DNA of 64,000 bases, from NCBI GenBank assembly GCA_965207885.1, contig OZ242311.1, positions 1,152,001 through 1,216,000 of the forward strand, given 5' to 3'. The translations under genes and the position numbers were made by a program. Under the pieces are notes generated by a model. It saw only the letters and a program-made list of their open reading frames with translations, was not told where the DNA came from and did not search any database. The DNA comes from Candidatus Latescibacterota bacterium (lineage in GTDB: Bacteria; Latescibacterota; UBA2968). This document shows, piece by piece, positions 27,928 to 37,893 of the stretch. Within the stretch, counting starts at the first letter, position 1. Each line of letters opens with the position of its first letter.

Positions 27928-29195
27928 TGAATAGAGATACGCAGTCCTGGACGTGTAGTTTTCTGGCGGGTCGCATTGGTTCCTCAGATCCGCTTGCGAG
28001 GGGTACGGAGATTGTACATATCGAGGCGCATAAGGGGCGGCTTTATGCCGGGAATGGCTATTGGATGGATAATCCTTATACCGCGATACCCTGGGCACAA
28101 GTTCTGGCGATTGATTCACCGACTGATGCGTGGCGTATAGACCACAGCTTGGGAGCGTCGCATCTTCGGGTTACTGCGCTGAAGTCGGTGGTATTTGAAA
28201 CTGATGACTTGGGCAATCCCCTATCCGAGAAGGTGAATTTTTTGCTGGCTGGTTCTGACCGGCGCAGGGGCGTTCTCGGGATGGGCGAGTCGAATATTTT
28301 TACGCGAGACGATGACAGTGGTTCGTGGGTGAGGACTACGCTTCAGTCCGGCAGGGGATACCGATGCATGGTGCGCGCGTTTTTTGTTCATCGCGATCGC
28401 GTGACAGGGGTGGATCGCATTTTTGTTTCTGCGGGGCAGTTGGGGATTTATTCGGGGGTGTATGATCCGGCTCAGTTGGGGAAGATTCGATGGGATGAGG
28501 CATCCGAGTTTGGGCCGATTGTAGCGCGTCCTATGTCTTTCGCAGAGGCAAATGGCGTTTTGTATGCGTCGATTGGGACGTCGGTTTATCGCCGCGTGGA
28601 TGGGCAGGTGCCTGTTTGGGAGGAGGTTTACACGGATGATACGCCGTATAGTTTTGAACAGGCTGGTATCCGCGGTTTGACGGCGATTCCCTCTCCGGGA
28701 GGGGATGGTGAGTCTCTTTTGTTTTCTCATACAGATCGCATTATTCGCATGGATCCAGAAGAAAAGTATGTAGCGACTGTTGAGTTGAGGATCGATGCGT
28801 TGCTCAATAAGGCGTGGCAGCGTTCTATCAGAGGCAGAAGTATTATTGCCGCGTACAGCGATATGGTGCCTGTTACCGATCCTGCGACGGGACAGACCGT
28901 TCATTTGATGGGTGTTCAGTCAAAGGTGAATGGGGGGCAGACTTTTGGGGAGTGGTATCCGGGCGCGGCTTATTTGATCCGATATCCCGACTTGAGCTAT
29001 CGGGCCAATGAGGTGAATGGGCGATGGAAACTCGGCGATCCGTTTCTGGTGGCGATACGCACGATCAAATTGTCGCCTTTTTCAGAGGATGCGGGTCAAT
29101 TTCTCTATTTTGGCGGTTTTGACGCAAATTTTCTCGATGCACACGATACTGCTTGGATTTATCGCGCGCAGGTGGATACGGTTTTGGAGTTTTAG
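27924..29195 (+). CDS. Hypothetical protein, probably beta-propeller-like
   Basis: 423-aa ORF, operon-coupled, with repeated LYA/IFV beta motifs. Confidence 0.55.
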   Translation: MMNRDTQSWTCSFLAGRIGSSDPLARGTEIVHIEAHKGRLYAGNGYWMDNPYTAIPWAQVLAIDSPTDAWRIDHSLGASHLRVTALKSVVFETDDLGNPLSEKVNFLLAGSDRRRGVLGMGESNIFTRDDDSGSWVRTTLQSGRGYRCMVRAFFVHRDRVTGVDRIFVSAGQLGIYSGVYDPAQLGKIRWDEASEFGPIVARPMSFAEANGVLYASIGTSVYRRVDGQVPVWEEVYTDDTPYSFEQAGIRGLTAIPSPGGDGESLLFSHTDRIIRMDPEEKYVATVELRIDALLNKAWQRSIRGRSIIAAYSDMVPVTDPATGQTVHLMGVQSKVNGGQTFGEWYPGAAYLIRYPDLSYRANEVNGRWKLGDPFLVAIRTIKLSPFSEDAGQFLYFGGFDANFLDAHDTAWIYRAQVDTVLEF

Positions 29196-30218
29196 ATGTC
29201 GCTGCTTACAGGTAAGGTTAGCGATTTTTTGAAGATTGGTGTTGCGGCTGCTGGTCGCGGCGATTTGGAGACTGTGCGGACGGTGCTGGCGGAGAAGCCA
29301 GGCTGGTTGTTGCGCGTTGGGTCGCACGGGCGGACGATGCTCTGGGAAGCGGCGTACCGGGGGCGGTTGGCGATGGTCGAATGGTTGCTCGATCAGGGTG
29401 CGGATGTCCATGCGTGGGGCTGCCATTTTACGCCGTTACTGGTGGATATTTCGCCTTATTGCGCGGCGCGGCTCAAGAATCACGATGCGGTTGCCGATGT
29501 GTTGTGGGCACGGGGTGCCACTGCTGATATTTATACGTTTGCCTATCTGGGCGATGGGGATGCGGTTGCCGAGTGCCTGCGCCGCGATCCTGGTCTCGTC
29601 ACTGTGGAGAGGATACAGCACGATACGGATATTCGCGCTACGGTGTTGCACTACGCGGTTGGGGCTGGTTATCTGGATATTGTTTGTTTGTTGCTCGAAA
29701 GGGGAGCAGATCCGCGGCTCTGTGGCGACCGGCTGGTGCGGTTTTGTATCTGGCGCGATCGGGCGGATATTTTGAAGGTGCTGCTCGATGCGGGTCTCGA
29801 TCCGACGACCGCTGAACTGCCCCGTTCCGGTCTTACCAATCCCGATATTATTGCCCTGCTTTCGAGCCGTGGGGTGGATTGCGATCCGAATCGCGCAGAG
29901 GATGGGTGGCCGCCGATTGTTTTTCAGTCTCGCGGTGACCGCGGCGGGCGTGTTGATCGCGTCCGGGATTTGATCTCGCGCGGTGCCGATGTGAATGCGC
30001 GCAATTACAAGGGGCAGACTGCGTTGCACTGTGCGGCGCGGGCGGGGTTTGTGGATATTGTTTCCCTGCTTCTCGAACACGGTGCGGAGGTCGATTTGCG
30101 AGACCGCGCGGGACATACGCCGCTTATGACTGCGTTGCGTTCGACGATTAAGAATAAGGATAAGCTCCGCGAGGTTGTTCACGTTCTTACAGAGGCGGGT
30201 GCGGATCTTGATGGATAA
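29196..30218 (+). CDS. Ankyrin-repeat protein
   Basis: Several G-T-LH-AA--G repeats and GADVNARN. Confidence 0.9.
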   Translation: MSLLTGKVSDFLKIGVAAAGRGDLETVRTVLAEKPGWLLRVGSHGRTMLWEAAYRGRLAMVEWLLDQGADVHAWGCHFTPLLVDISPYCAARLKNHDAVADVLWARGATADIYTFAYLGDGDAVAECLRRDPGLVTVERIQHDTDIRATVLHYAVGAGYLDIVCLLLERGADPRLCGDRLVRFCIWRDRADILKVLLDAGLDPTTAELPRSGLTNPDIIALLSSRGVDCDPNRAEDGWPPIVFQSRGDRGGRVDRVRDLISRGADVNARNYKGQTALHCAARAGFVDIVSLLLEHGAEVDLRDRAGHTPLMTALRSTIKNKDKLREVVHVLTEAGADLDG

Positions 30219-30297
30219 GGAGATGTCATCGCGGCAGGATTTTAGCCGCGATCCAGTCTACTGCAATCCGGCAAACAAACTCAGGAGGGTTTCATAC

Positions 30298-30852
30298 ATG
30301 ATTAAACTCAGGACAATAGCAGCTATACTTTACCTAATACCCGTATGGGTGGGTGCGGCCGACTACAACATTGAACGACAGCCAGATGGCCCTCTTGCGT
30401 TTAGGATCTTCGGGGTATGGTTCAACGAAGGATCAACCCTGACCCGCGAGAGCATCCTATTCAACGATCCAGCGTGTCCCATCAAAATTCGATCTCACAC
30501 GACAAAGATCATCCATAAAGATCGCGGCTTCAGATTCTCGGCTCGGGCTTCAATAGATATCAAGCACCCAATCGTCGCCGTTCAATTACGTACGCTACTT
30601 TATGATGTATTCGGGCAGAATATGAAGAATCTTGACAATATAGAAATAAAAGACTTCGCTCCGAGTCAATCCACTATAGAGGGAGAATGGCGGGCGTCCG
30701 ATAATGATATGGGATTTCTAACGACGGTCACCTATGTCGCACGAGTACGTTTGGCGGACGGTAGTCAGTGGATATTCAATGCAGAAAATCTTCTGGTCGC
30801 TTTGACTACTCTTAACTTGGAGCAGAAGATTGGCGATGAGGCTAAGGAATGA
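30298..30852 (+). CDS. Secreted hypothetical protein
   Basis: AGGAGG RBS and signal peptide MIKLRTIAAILYLIPVWVGA. Confidence 0.6.
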   Translation: MIKLRTIAAILYLIPVWVGAADYNIERQPDGPLAFRIFGVWFNEGSTLTRESILFNDPACPIKIRSHTTKIIHKDRGFRFSARASIDIKHPIVAVQLRTLLYDVFGQNMKNLDNIEIKDFAPSQSTIEGEWRASDNDMGFLTTVTYVARVRLADGSQWIFNAENLLVALTTLNLEQKIGDEAKE

Positions 30853-30947
30853 TGCCTAACGAGGTATTTTGAAATACTTCACGTACAGATTTCGCAGACA
30901 CTGTCTGCAAAAATCATTGAGTCTATCAACCAAACGGAGATTACCGA

Positions 30948-33485
30948 ATGAAAGAGATATACGATTGGGTACCGTGGTTTCGAAAATTAGGAAAAAAAAT
31001 TGCGGACAGAGGCGAAGAATATCTGATTGAAAAAGTGAAGAAGGTGGATTGGAAAGGAAAACGCCTTGTGGACATATATGGCGCTAAGAGCGTTGATCCC
31101 TTTTCATTCTTTTATTGTTTAGCTCAAAAGAAGGCCCGTTATCAAAGGGAAATAGTGTACAATAGTGTTCACAATGTATTTGACATTAGCGCTCCCCCAG
31201 ATACGAATATAGATGATTACTATATCATCCCCACTACTACCTCTCTTGTTCTCTTTCATGATGGGAAAAACTTTGATCCCAATTTGCTTTGGCGTTTGTT
31301 TAGGCAGGCAGTAGAGGATGTTCCCACCATTGACCAGGATGATTTTAAAAAAGCCTTAAAAATAAAAGAAGTTGGGGTTAAGAAATTGACTCAAACTCTG
31401 TTTTTGATAAATCCCGAATACTTCCTGCCCGTAGATGAGACAACTTTTCATTTATCTGAAGCTTTGAGTTTGCCAGCACTGTCAGAAATAGAAAGAGAGA
31501 TCGAAGATGGTGGCTATGAGAAGTATAAATCTCGTCTCAAAGAGTTCAAAGAAGCATTTCCGGGATGCCAGCTTTATGAAATCAATATGTTCTTAGATCG
31601 GCAAAAATCTGGTCAAATAAAAGTGAGTGATAATTTTTTTCAGATAAGTACTAATGTAGATAACGACGGAAAAGATCATTGGAACGACTTCGAAAAAAAT
31701 AACTGGGCTTATACAAATACAAATTATCCTGGTTGGCGCGATTCTAAGCGAGGAGATATTATCTTAGTTAGAATGGGAAAAAAAGAAGGAAAAGCGATTG
31801 GCATTGTTCAGGAAAATAATTATGACGAGTCAAAGGGGTTAAATGAAGACAGCAGAATTCATGTCTTATGGATAAACAAGTCGGAAAGAGATTTACCCAG
31901 GGAACTCGGGAGACTTGGTGCCTTTACCACTGCACACTCCAAAACGCTTTCAGTTTTTGAAGAAACTGAAAGCTACAAACCTTCTTTTCACTTGATTAAT
32001 AGTTTGACAGGAAATTCGATTAAGAACAAATCGAATCTGGACGATCAGCAATCGGGAGCAGACACCGTGAAATATCCTTTGAACCAAATCCTTTATGGTC
32101 CGCCGGGTACAGGTAAAACGTGGAATACCGTCAACCGCGCTGTGGCGATTATCGAGGGCAAGTCTCTGGATAAGCTTGATGGGGAAGACCGTGAAGAGAT
32201 GAAGCAGCGGTTTGATACATTAAAAGAGGACGGCCAGATTGAAATGGTGACATTTCATCAGAACTTTACCTATGAGGATTTCATTGAAGGCATCAGACCC
32301 GTTCTGGCTGATGATGGAAATGGAAATATAGAATATGAATTATCAAGAGGTGTATTCAGGGAAATTGTAGAGCGGGCCGATAAAAATAGGACTCAATCTA
32401 AGCAAATAGGTGACAAATCATGGAACATGGATGAATTGCTTCAAGCATTTGCCGAGTCAATACAGGAGAAGCTGGAATCAGGAGAAACGATCAATCTCTC
32501 TCGTCCAGATAGTACAAGCGGTGCCACAATTCAAAAAATAAAGTGGTCAGGAGAAGGTAAATTCAACTCTTTTCAGCTTGGCGGTAGCGTAACGAGTCTT
32601 GGTCTTTCGAGAAAATTGATTGAGCGGGATTACGAGAATTTTTACAAGGGGAATATCACCTCAAAAAAAGATATCAAACCTACCAGAGAGTCAACAGGAA
32701 GTCATCATGGTCTTGGCAAATATTATTTGCCATTGTTTGAAATTATAAAACAATTTCACGACGGGGAATGGCAGCCGGAAGAGTCGGTGCCAGTAGAGAA
32801 GCAGAATTATGTCCTGATTATTGACGAAATCAATCGCGGTAATATCGCTAAAATTTTTGGTGAGTTGATCACGCTAATTGAATCATCCAAACGGATCGAA
32901 GGCGATGACGAAGCAACCGTTACCCTGCCTTATTCGCAAGATTCTTTTGGCGTGCCGGATAACCTCTATATCATCGGCACGATGAATACCGCTGACCGCT
33001 CCACCGCCCCATTGGATACCGCATTGCGGCGACGGTTTAAGTTTGTCGAGATGATGCCGGATTTAGAACATCACAAAATCAGTACGGATATTGAAGGTGT
33101 GAACTGCCAAGAATTGCTTGCTGCAATGAACAAGCGCATCCGTTTCCTATTTGACCGCGAACATCAGATTGGACACACGTATTTTATGGATGTTGATGAC
33201 ATGGAGTCTCTTGCGGCAACTTTTAAAAACCAAATCATCCCGCTGTTGCAGGAATACTTTTACGATAACTGGGAGAAGATTGATCTGGTATTGAATTGCA
33301 ATGGGTTTGTTCACGAAATCCCCTTTGAGAGCGATTTGTTCAAAAATTCAGATTTGATTGATGAAGAAAGAAAGATTTATGAACTGCTGCCCGATGATGA
33401 TGGCAAATGGGAAGACCCTAAAAGTTACCAGGCGATTTACGAAAAAGAACAAGGCGAAACCGATGAAGCCGGACGGGACACCTGA
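30948..33485 (+). CDS. mcrB: McrB-family AAA+ GTPase (type IV restriction)
   Basis: GPPGTGKT, TFHQNFTYEDFIEG, DEINRG, MNTADRS and IGHTYF motifs. Confidence 0.92.
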   Translation: MKEIYDWVPWFRKLGKKIADRGEEYLIEKVKKVDWKGKRLVDIYGAKSVDPFSFFYCLAQKKARYQREIVYNSVHNVFDISAPPDTNIDDYYIIPTTTSLVLFHDGKNFDPNLLWRLFRQAVEDVPTIDQDDFKKALKIKEVGVKKLTQTLFLINPEYFLPVDETTFHLSEALSLPALSEIEREIEDGGYEKYKSRLKEFKEAFPGCQLYEINMFLDRQKSGQIKVSDNFFQISTNVDNDGKDHWNDFEKNNWAYTNTNYPGWRDSKRGDIILVRMGKKEGKAIGIVQENNYDESKGLNEDSRIHVLWINKSERDLPRELGRLGAFTTAHSKTLSVFEETESYKPSFHLINSLTGNSIKNKSNLDDQQSGADTVKYPLNQILYGPPGTGKTWNTVNRAVAIIEGKSLDKLDGEDREEMKQRFDTLKEDGQIEMVTFHQNFTYEDFIEGIRPVLADDGNGNIEYELSRGVFREIVERADKNRTQSKQIGDKSWNMDELLQAFAESIQEKLESGETINLSRPDSTSGATIQKIKWSGEGKFNSFQLGGSVTSLGLSRKLIERDYENFYKGNITSKKDIKPTRESTGSHHGLGKYYLPLFEIIKQFHDGEWQPEESVPVEKQNYVLIIDEINRGNIAKIFGELITLIESSKRIEGDDEATVTLPYSQDSFGVPDNLYIIGTMNTADRSTAPLDTALRRRFKFVEMMPDLEHHKISTDIEGVNCQELLAAMNKRIRFLFDREHQIGHTYFMDVDDMESLAATFKNQIIPLLQEYFYDNWEKIDLVLNCNGFVHEIPFESDLFKNSDLIDEERKIYELLPDDDGKWEDPKSYQAIYEKEQGETDEAGRDT

Positions 33486-33487
33486 CT

Positions 33488-34768
33488 ATGCCCGTTATCA
33501 AAGAAATTCTCGTCATTAAAGAACATGAAGAACTTAAGGATCTTAGCCAGGACGAACTGCGGGATCTGAAGGATTTTGCTCTTGAAAACCGAACGGATGG
33601 GGAGGGCAACTACCGACCTATTTTGGAGTTGAAAAACAATCGGCTGTACGCACAAAACTATGTCGGTATTATTGAAACGCGCAAGGGAACGGTACTCGAA
33701 ATTCTGCCGAAGGTGGATTTTGCCGAAGATGAAGACAAGGAAAAAACCAAAACTAAAGAGTATTTTTTTGAAATGCTGCGGGATTGGCGCGGGTTCAAAT
33801 CGTTGGCTCAGTTCAATCTAAGTCACATCAATGCTGTGCGGCGTTTTAATATGCTGGAGATATTTGTTCACCTTTTTTTGAACAATCTCGTTTTGCTGAC
33901 ACAACGCGGCCTCGCCCGCCACTATCAATCGGAGGAAGACAACCAGCCTTATCTGCGCGGGCGAATCCTCTTTCCGCAGCATATTCGTGAAAATGTAGCC
34001 AACCGTGCACGGTTTTATGTCGGTTATGACGAGTTCAGTGCCAACCGCCCGGCCAATCGCCTGATTCACAGCACCATTCACAAACTGATAGGTTCTGTGC
34101 GGCAACCGAGAAATCAACAGTTGCTTCATCAGTTGCGTATCAATTTTTCCGATATTCCGCAGTCATCGCACCTCAAAAGCGATTGGGATCGGCATCAGGT
34201 GGATCGTTCGATTCAGCATTACGATGAGGTGATGCAGTGGGTTAGGCTTTTTCTTTTTGAACACGGCCTGACTACGTTTGCTGGCAAACATGTCAACCAG
34301 ACGCTGTTGTTTCCGATGTGGGAAGTGTTTGAGGACTTTGTTGCGGCGTGTTTTCGGCGGCATCAGCAGCGATTTTCCGTGCATGGGCAAGGGCCGCGAG
34401 AACCGTTAGCCAGTATTGATGGCAAAGGTGTTTTTTATATGAAACCGGATATCAGTCTGATGTCTGGCAGGGAGACAGAATTTATCCTGGATACCAAGTG
34501 GAAGCGTATTAATGGAGAGGGAAGTGATCCAAAACACGGCATCAGCCAGGCCGATATGTACCAGTTGTTCGCGTATGGGAAAAAGTATGGCTGTAAGCAG
34601 GTCGCGCTTGTCTATCCAAAGACGGAGCAGTTTCAAAAAATATTGCGCTACAAGTTTGATGGGGAATTGTATTTGTCATGTTTTCCATTTGATGTGACCA
34701 AGCCCAAATGTAGTGTTAAAAAAATACTGGATCATCTGCAAAACAAACCAATGAAAGTGATACAGTAG
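33488..34768 (+). CDS. mcrC: McrC-family nuclease subunit
   Basis: NYVG, EILPK, FEDFV, KPDI, ILDTKWK and ADMYQLFAYG; adjacent to mcrB. Confidence 0.92.
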   Translation: MPVIKEILVIKEHEELKDLSQDELRDLKDFALENRTDGEGNYRPILELKNNRLYAQNYVGIIETRKGTVLEILPKVDFAEDEDKEKTKTKEYFFEMLRDWRGFKSLAQFNLSHINAVRRFNMLEIFVHLFLNNLVLLTQRGLARHYQSEEDNQPYLRGRILFPQHIRENVANRARFYVGYDEFSANRPANRLIHSTIHKLIGSVRQPRNQQLLHQLRINFSDIPQSSHLKSDWDRHQVDRSIQHYDEVMQWVRLFLFEHGLTTFAGKHVNQTLLFPMWEVFEDFVAACFRRHQQRFSVHGQGPREPLASIDGKGVFYMKPDISLMSGRETEFILDTKWKRINGEGSDPKHGISQADMYQLFAYGKKYGCKQVALVYPKTEQFQKILRYKFDGELYLSCFPFDVTKPKCSVKKILDHLQNKPMKVIQ

Positions 34769-35034
34769 GCAGTACATATCTTTCATATTACCGCCCATTC
34801 ATCGCTCAAAATGTACACTTTGACATCCGAGATTGTTCTACGTCAAACAGGCGTTTCTCAATTCAAGTTGTGAACAAGGGGGCAATACAGCATATTGAAG
34901 ACACAATAAGGGTATTTGAGGCTGTCTATACCATTTGTCGCCCGATGCTGTGACATTGGCCTGATGTTTGCTGGGATTCTGACTGTTGCGTGTGTTCCAA
35001 AAAGACACCAACTCTCAGATCCGGAGCATCTCTG

Positions 35035-35949
35035 ATGGCAGATATCGATACCATTTCCAAATACCTGATTCAACACTATCCCGACCACTTCGCCCATTTT
35101 GTCCTCGCACGAGACGACATCGAGGTAATTGAAGTCCTCAACACAGAGCAACCCACAGTACAAGCGCGACAGGCCGATAGCTTCATCCGCGTGCAAATCG
35201 GTGAAGAAGAGGCATTGGTCCACAACGAGTTTCAAACTACGGACAGCACCAATCCGCCCATGCCGCGCCGCATGGCGGGCTATATCGGACGCGCCATTGA
35301 GCGTCACGGCTTGCCGATTTATTCCAATGTCATCTACCTGCGTCCCAATGCTGGGCAGCGCGATCCTGGATTCTACGAGCAAGCCTTACGCGGCTACCGC
35401 GTGGTGATTCAGTACAATGTGATTCGACTGAGCGAGGTCGAAGGCCAACGCATCCTTGATGAGGAACATTCGGGTCTGATCCCTTTCACGCCGTTGATGA
35501 AGCCCCCTGAAGGGATGGCATCTGATGCGTGGTTACGTCAGTGTATTCACACCGCTCGGACGCGCCGCATCGCTCGGTCGCCCAGAGCCAATTATCTGGC
35601 AGGCATGGCGGTTTTGAGCGAGTTGGTTTACGCGCCTGAAACTGTTTCTGAAATCATTATCAAGGAGGGTCTCATGGATCTGATCCGCGAATCATCCCTT
35701 ATTCAATACTTTAAGCAAGAAGGCAGAGAGGAAGGTTTTGAGCAAGGCATTGAGCAAGGCCAAAGAAAAAGTACGCTTGAAGATATCCTCGAAGTATTGG
35801 AGATTCGATTTGATCTGGATGAAGCGCATCCTCTATCTGGCCGCATTGCCACTATTGACGATTTACAACGCTTGAAGCAGTTGCTTCGTACGGCGATACA
35901 GGTCTCCAATCTCGATGAATTTGAACGCATGTTAGATGCAATGGCGTAA
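35035..35949 (+). CDS. Rpn/transposase_31-like PD-(D/E)XK protein
   Basis: RQADS...HNEFQT, MPRRMAGY and C-terminal EGREEG/EQG repeats. Confidence 0.65.
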   Translation: MADIDTISKYLIQHYPDHFAHFVLARDDIEVIEVLNTEQPTVQARQADSFIRVQIGEEEALVHNEFQTTDSTNPPMPRRMAGYIGRAIERHGLPIYSNVIYLRPNAGQRDPGFYEQALRGYRVVIQYNVIRLSEVEGQRILDEEHSGLIPFTPLMKPPEGMASDAWLRQCIHTARTRRIARSPRANYLAGMAVLSELVYAPETVSEIIIKEGLMDLIRESSLIQYFKQEGREEGFEQGIEQGQRKSTLEDILEVLEIRFDLDEAHPLSGRIATIDDLQRLKQLLRTAIQVSNLDEFERMLDAMA

Positions 35950-36055
35950 CGCGATTGCCCAACATAAAGTGTATTTGGGGGTGACTTATCCGAATACACA
36001 GCAACCTGCTGAATCGTCAATGTTCAAACGCAATGTCAAAGTCAAGGAAAGCAAT

Positions 36056-37066
36056 ATGAAAGCAAGGATCGTTGGAGAGCGACAGTCAGATGTGGTGCCT
36101 GCACCTGTGCCGGAGCCGAAGGAGGATTGGGCGGTGGTGAAGGTGCATGCTTCGGCGATGTGTACTGAGTACAAGACGTGGTTGGCGGGTGATCGGCGCG
36201 AGGTGATCGGGCACGAGGGTGCTGGCGAGGTGGTGGCGGTGGCGCAGCCGGGGCGGGTGAAGGTGGGGGACCGGGTTACAGTGATGCCGCAGTATCCGTG
36301 TGGCAATTGCGCCCTGTGCCGATCTGGTGATTATATCTATTGTGAGGATACATACAACTTTGCCGAGTTTACCGGTAGCCGCGATGGCAGTGGCACGTTT
36401 GCCCATTATGTGGTCAAGCCCTCATGGCTTTTGTTGCCGATTCCCGAACGGGTTACGTACGAGCAGGCGACAATGGCGATTGACGGTATCGGTGCTTCTT
36501 TTGGGGGCATGCAAGCCATTGGCGTGGGGGCTTTTGATACGGTGCTGATTACGGGCCTGGGTCCGGTGGGGCTTGGCGGGATTATCAATGCCCGGTTCCG
36601 CGGGGCGCGGGTGCTGGCGGTGGAGCCTGCGCCGTGGCGCGCTGCACTCGGTCTCGAGTTGGGCGCAGAGGTGGTGCTGCATCCTCAGGATGATCCGCTT
36701 GCGCGTATTCGAGATTTGACGGATGGTCGCGGGGTTGATTGCGCGGTGGATTGTTCAGGTTCGGTGGCAGGGGAACGGCTGTGTATTGATGCGGTACGGC
36801 GGCGCGGACGGGTGGCGTTTGTCGGCGAGTGTTCCCAGGAATTGCCGATTAAGGTGAGTCCGGATTTGATTCGCAAAGGGTTACTGGTGTCGGGGAACTG
36901 GCTGTACAATATGCAGGATTACGAGGGCGTGATGCAGGTGATCGCGGAGTCGCCTCTGATCGATAAGCTGATCAGCCACGTTATGCCGATGAGCAATATT
37001 CAGGAGGCTTTTGGTCTTTTAGCCGCTGGTGAAGCCGCAAAAATCGTGCTTCATCCCTGGGCGTAG
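36056..37066 (+). CDS. Zn-dependent alcohol dehydrogenase (MDR family)
   Basis: GHEGAG, structural-Zn Cys cluster CGNCALC...C and GLGPVG. Confidence 0.9.
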   Translation: MKARIVGERQSDVVPAPVPEPKEDWAVVKVHASAMCTEYKTWLAGDRREVIGHEGAGEVVAVAQPGRVKVGDRVTVMPQYPCGNCALCRSGDYIYCEDTYNFAEFTGSRDGSGTFAHYVVKPSWLLLPIPERVTYEQATMAIDGIGASFGGMQAIGVGAFDTVLITGLGPVGLGGIINARFRGARVLAVEPAPWRAALGLELGAEVVLHPQDDPLARIRDLTDGRGVDCAVDCSGSVAGERLCIDAVRRRGRVAFVGECSQELPIKVSPDLIRKGLLVSGNWLYNMQDYEGVMQVIAESPLIDKLISHVMPMSNIQEAFGLLAAGEAAKIVLHPWA

Positions 37067-37869
37067 CGCATTTCTTTTAGTACACTTTTAAGCCATGCCC
37101 TGGCGCGCCTGCGATACGGACTTTCTCTGTGCATCCAGAGATCTGTATGTGGGTGGACGATATTGCCTTCGGGGATGTTGAATATCTGGTCGGTTGGTAC
37201 GTCCAGAAATGTGAAGCGCGCCAGGTCGAGATGTGCGTTGAGAAATTAATCTTTTACCTTGCTGGCGTTCTGCCCGCAGATGAGCACGGGCCTGCCTTTT
37301 ATCCGTGCGAGGCGGGTGAGAGCGGATGCGCGGTCACTTTCTGGGTAATCCCATTCCTTTTCGCCGTCGAAGTGGTCGTGGGTGAAGATGCCTTTCCAAT
37401 AGGCTGCGATCTCGTCATCTGCAAGGCCGATGTAGCTGGTGCCAATGGCACCGCGCGAGAAGCCGCAGATGAATGTGTAGTAGGGATTGCCTCCAAATTT
37501 TTCACAGATTCGCGGGAGGTTGGTCTTGCAGTAGTTCACGGTTGCCTGCTTGTCGCCCCACCATGTGACGGCGTTTTCTTTTTTGTCCTTTTCTATATAT
37601 GGCATGGTTATCCATATAAATCCTCGTCCCCCACTTATGCCATAGCCCAGGTTTGCATCTTCTACTTTCCCAGTTGATTTGCACGGTTCCCATTTGTTGC
37701 CCGTGTATTCGACGATGATGGGGTATTTGCGCCCGGGTTGCCAGTCTTTGGGAAGGTATAGCGCGTGGTGTACATCGGTCCCTCTGTACTCCGGTGCAGT
37801 TTGACGCACACGCCTGCCCGGATCAGGTGCTTCATCCGTCATAGCCGGTGTAACGAGGTCTAATGGCAT
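37051..37869 (-). pseudogene. Alpha/beta hydrolase-like protein with an in-frame TAA (37248-37246)
   Basis: GFSRG nucleophile elbow. The frame continues 64 codons past the TAA, including HPHTDLWM. Confidence 0.6.
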
Positions 37870-37893
37870 GGTCTCTCAGCTTGCGAGGTCTGT

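Noticed and set aside
2215-37248. Genetic-code reassignment of TAG, TAA or TGA
   Set aside because: All three codons end many clear genes in the window. Only the two UGAs at catalytic Cys positions with hairpins support recoding.
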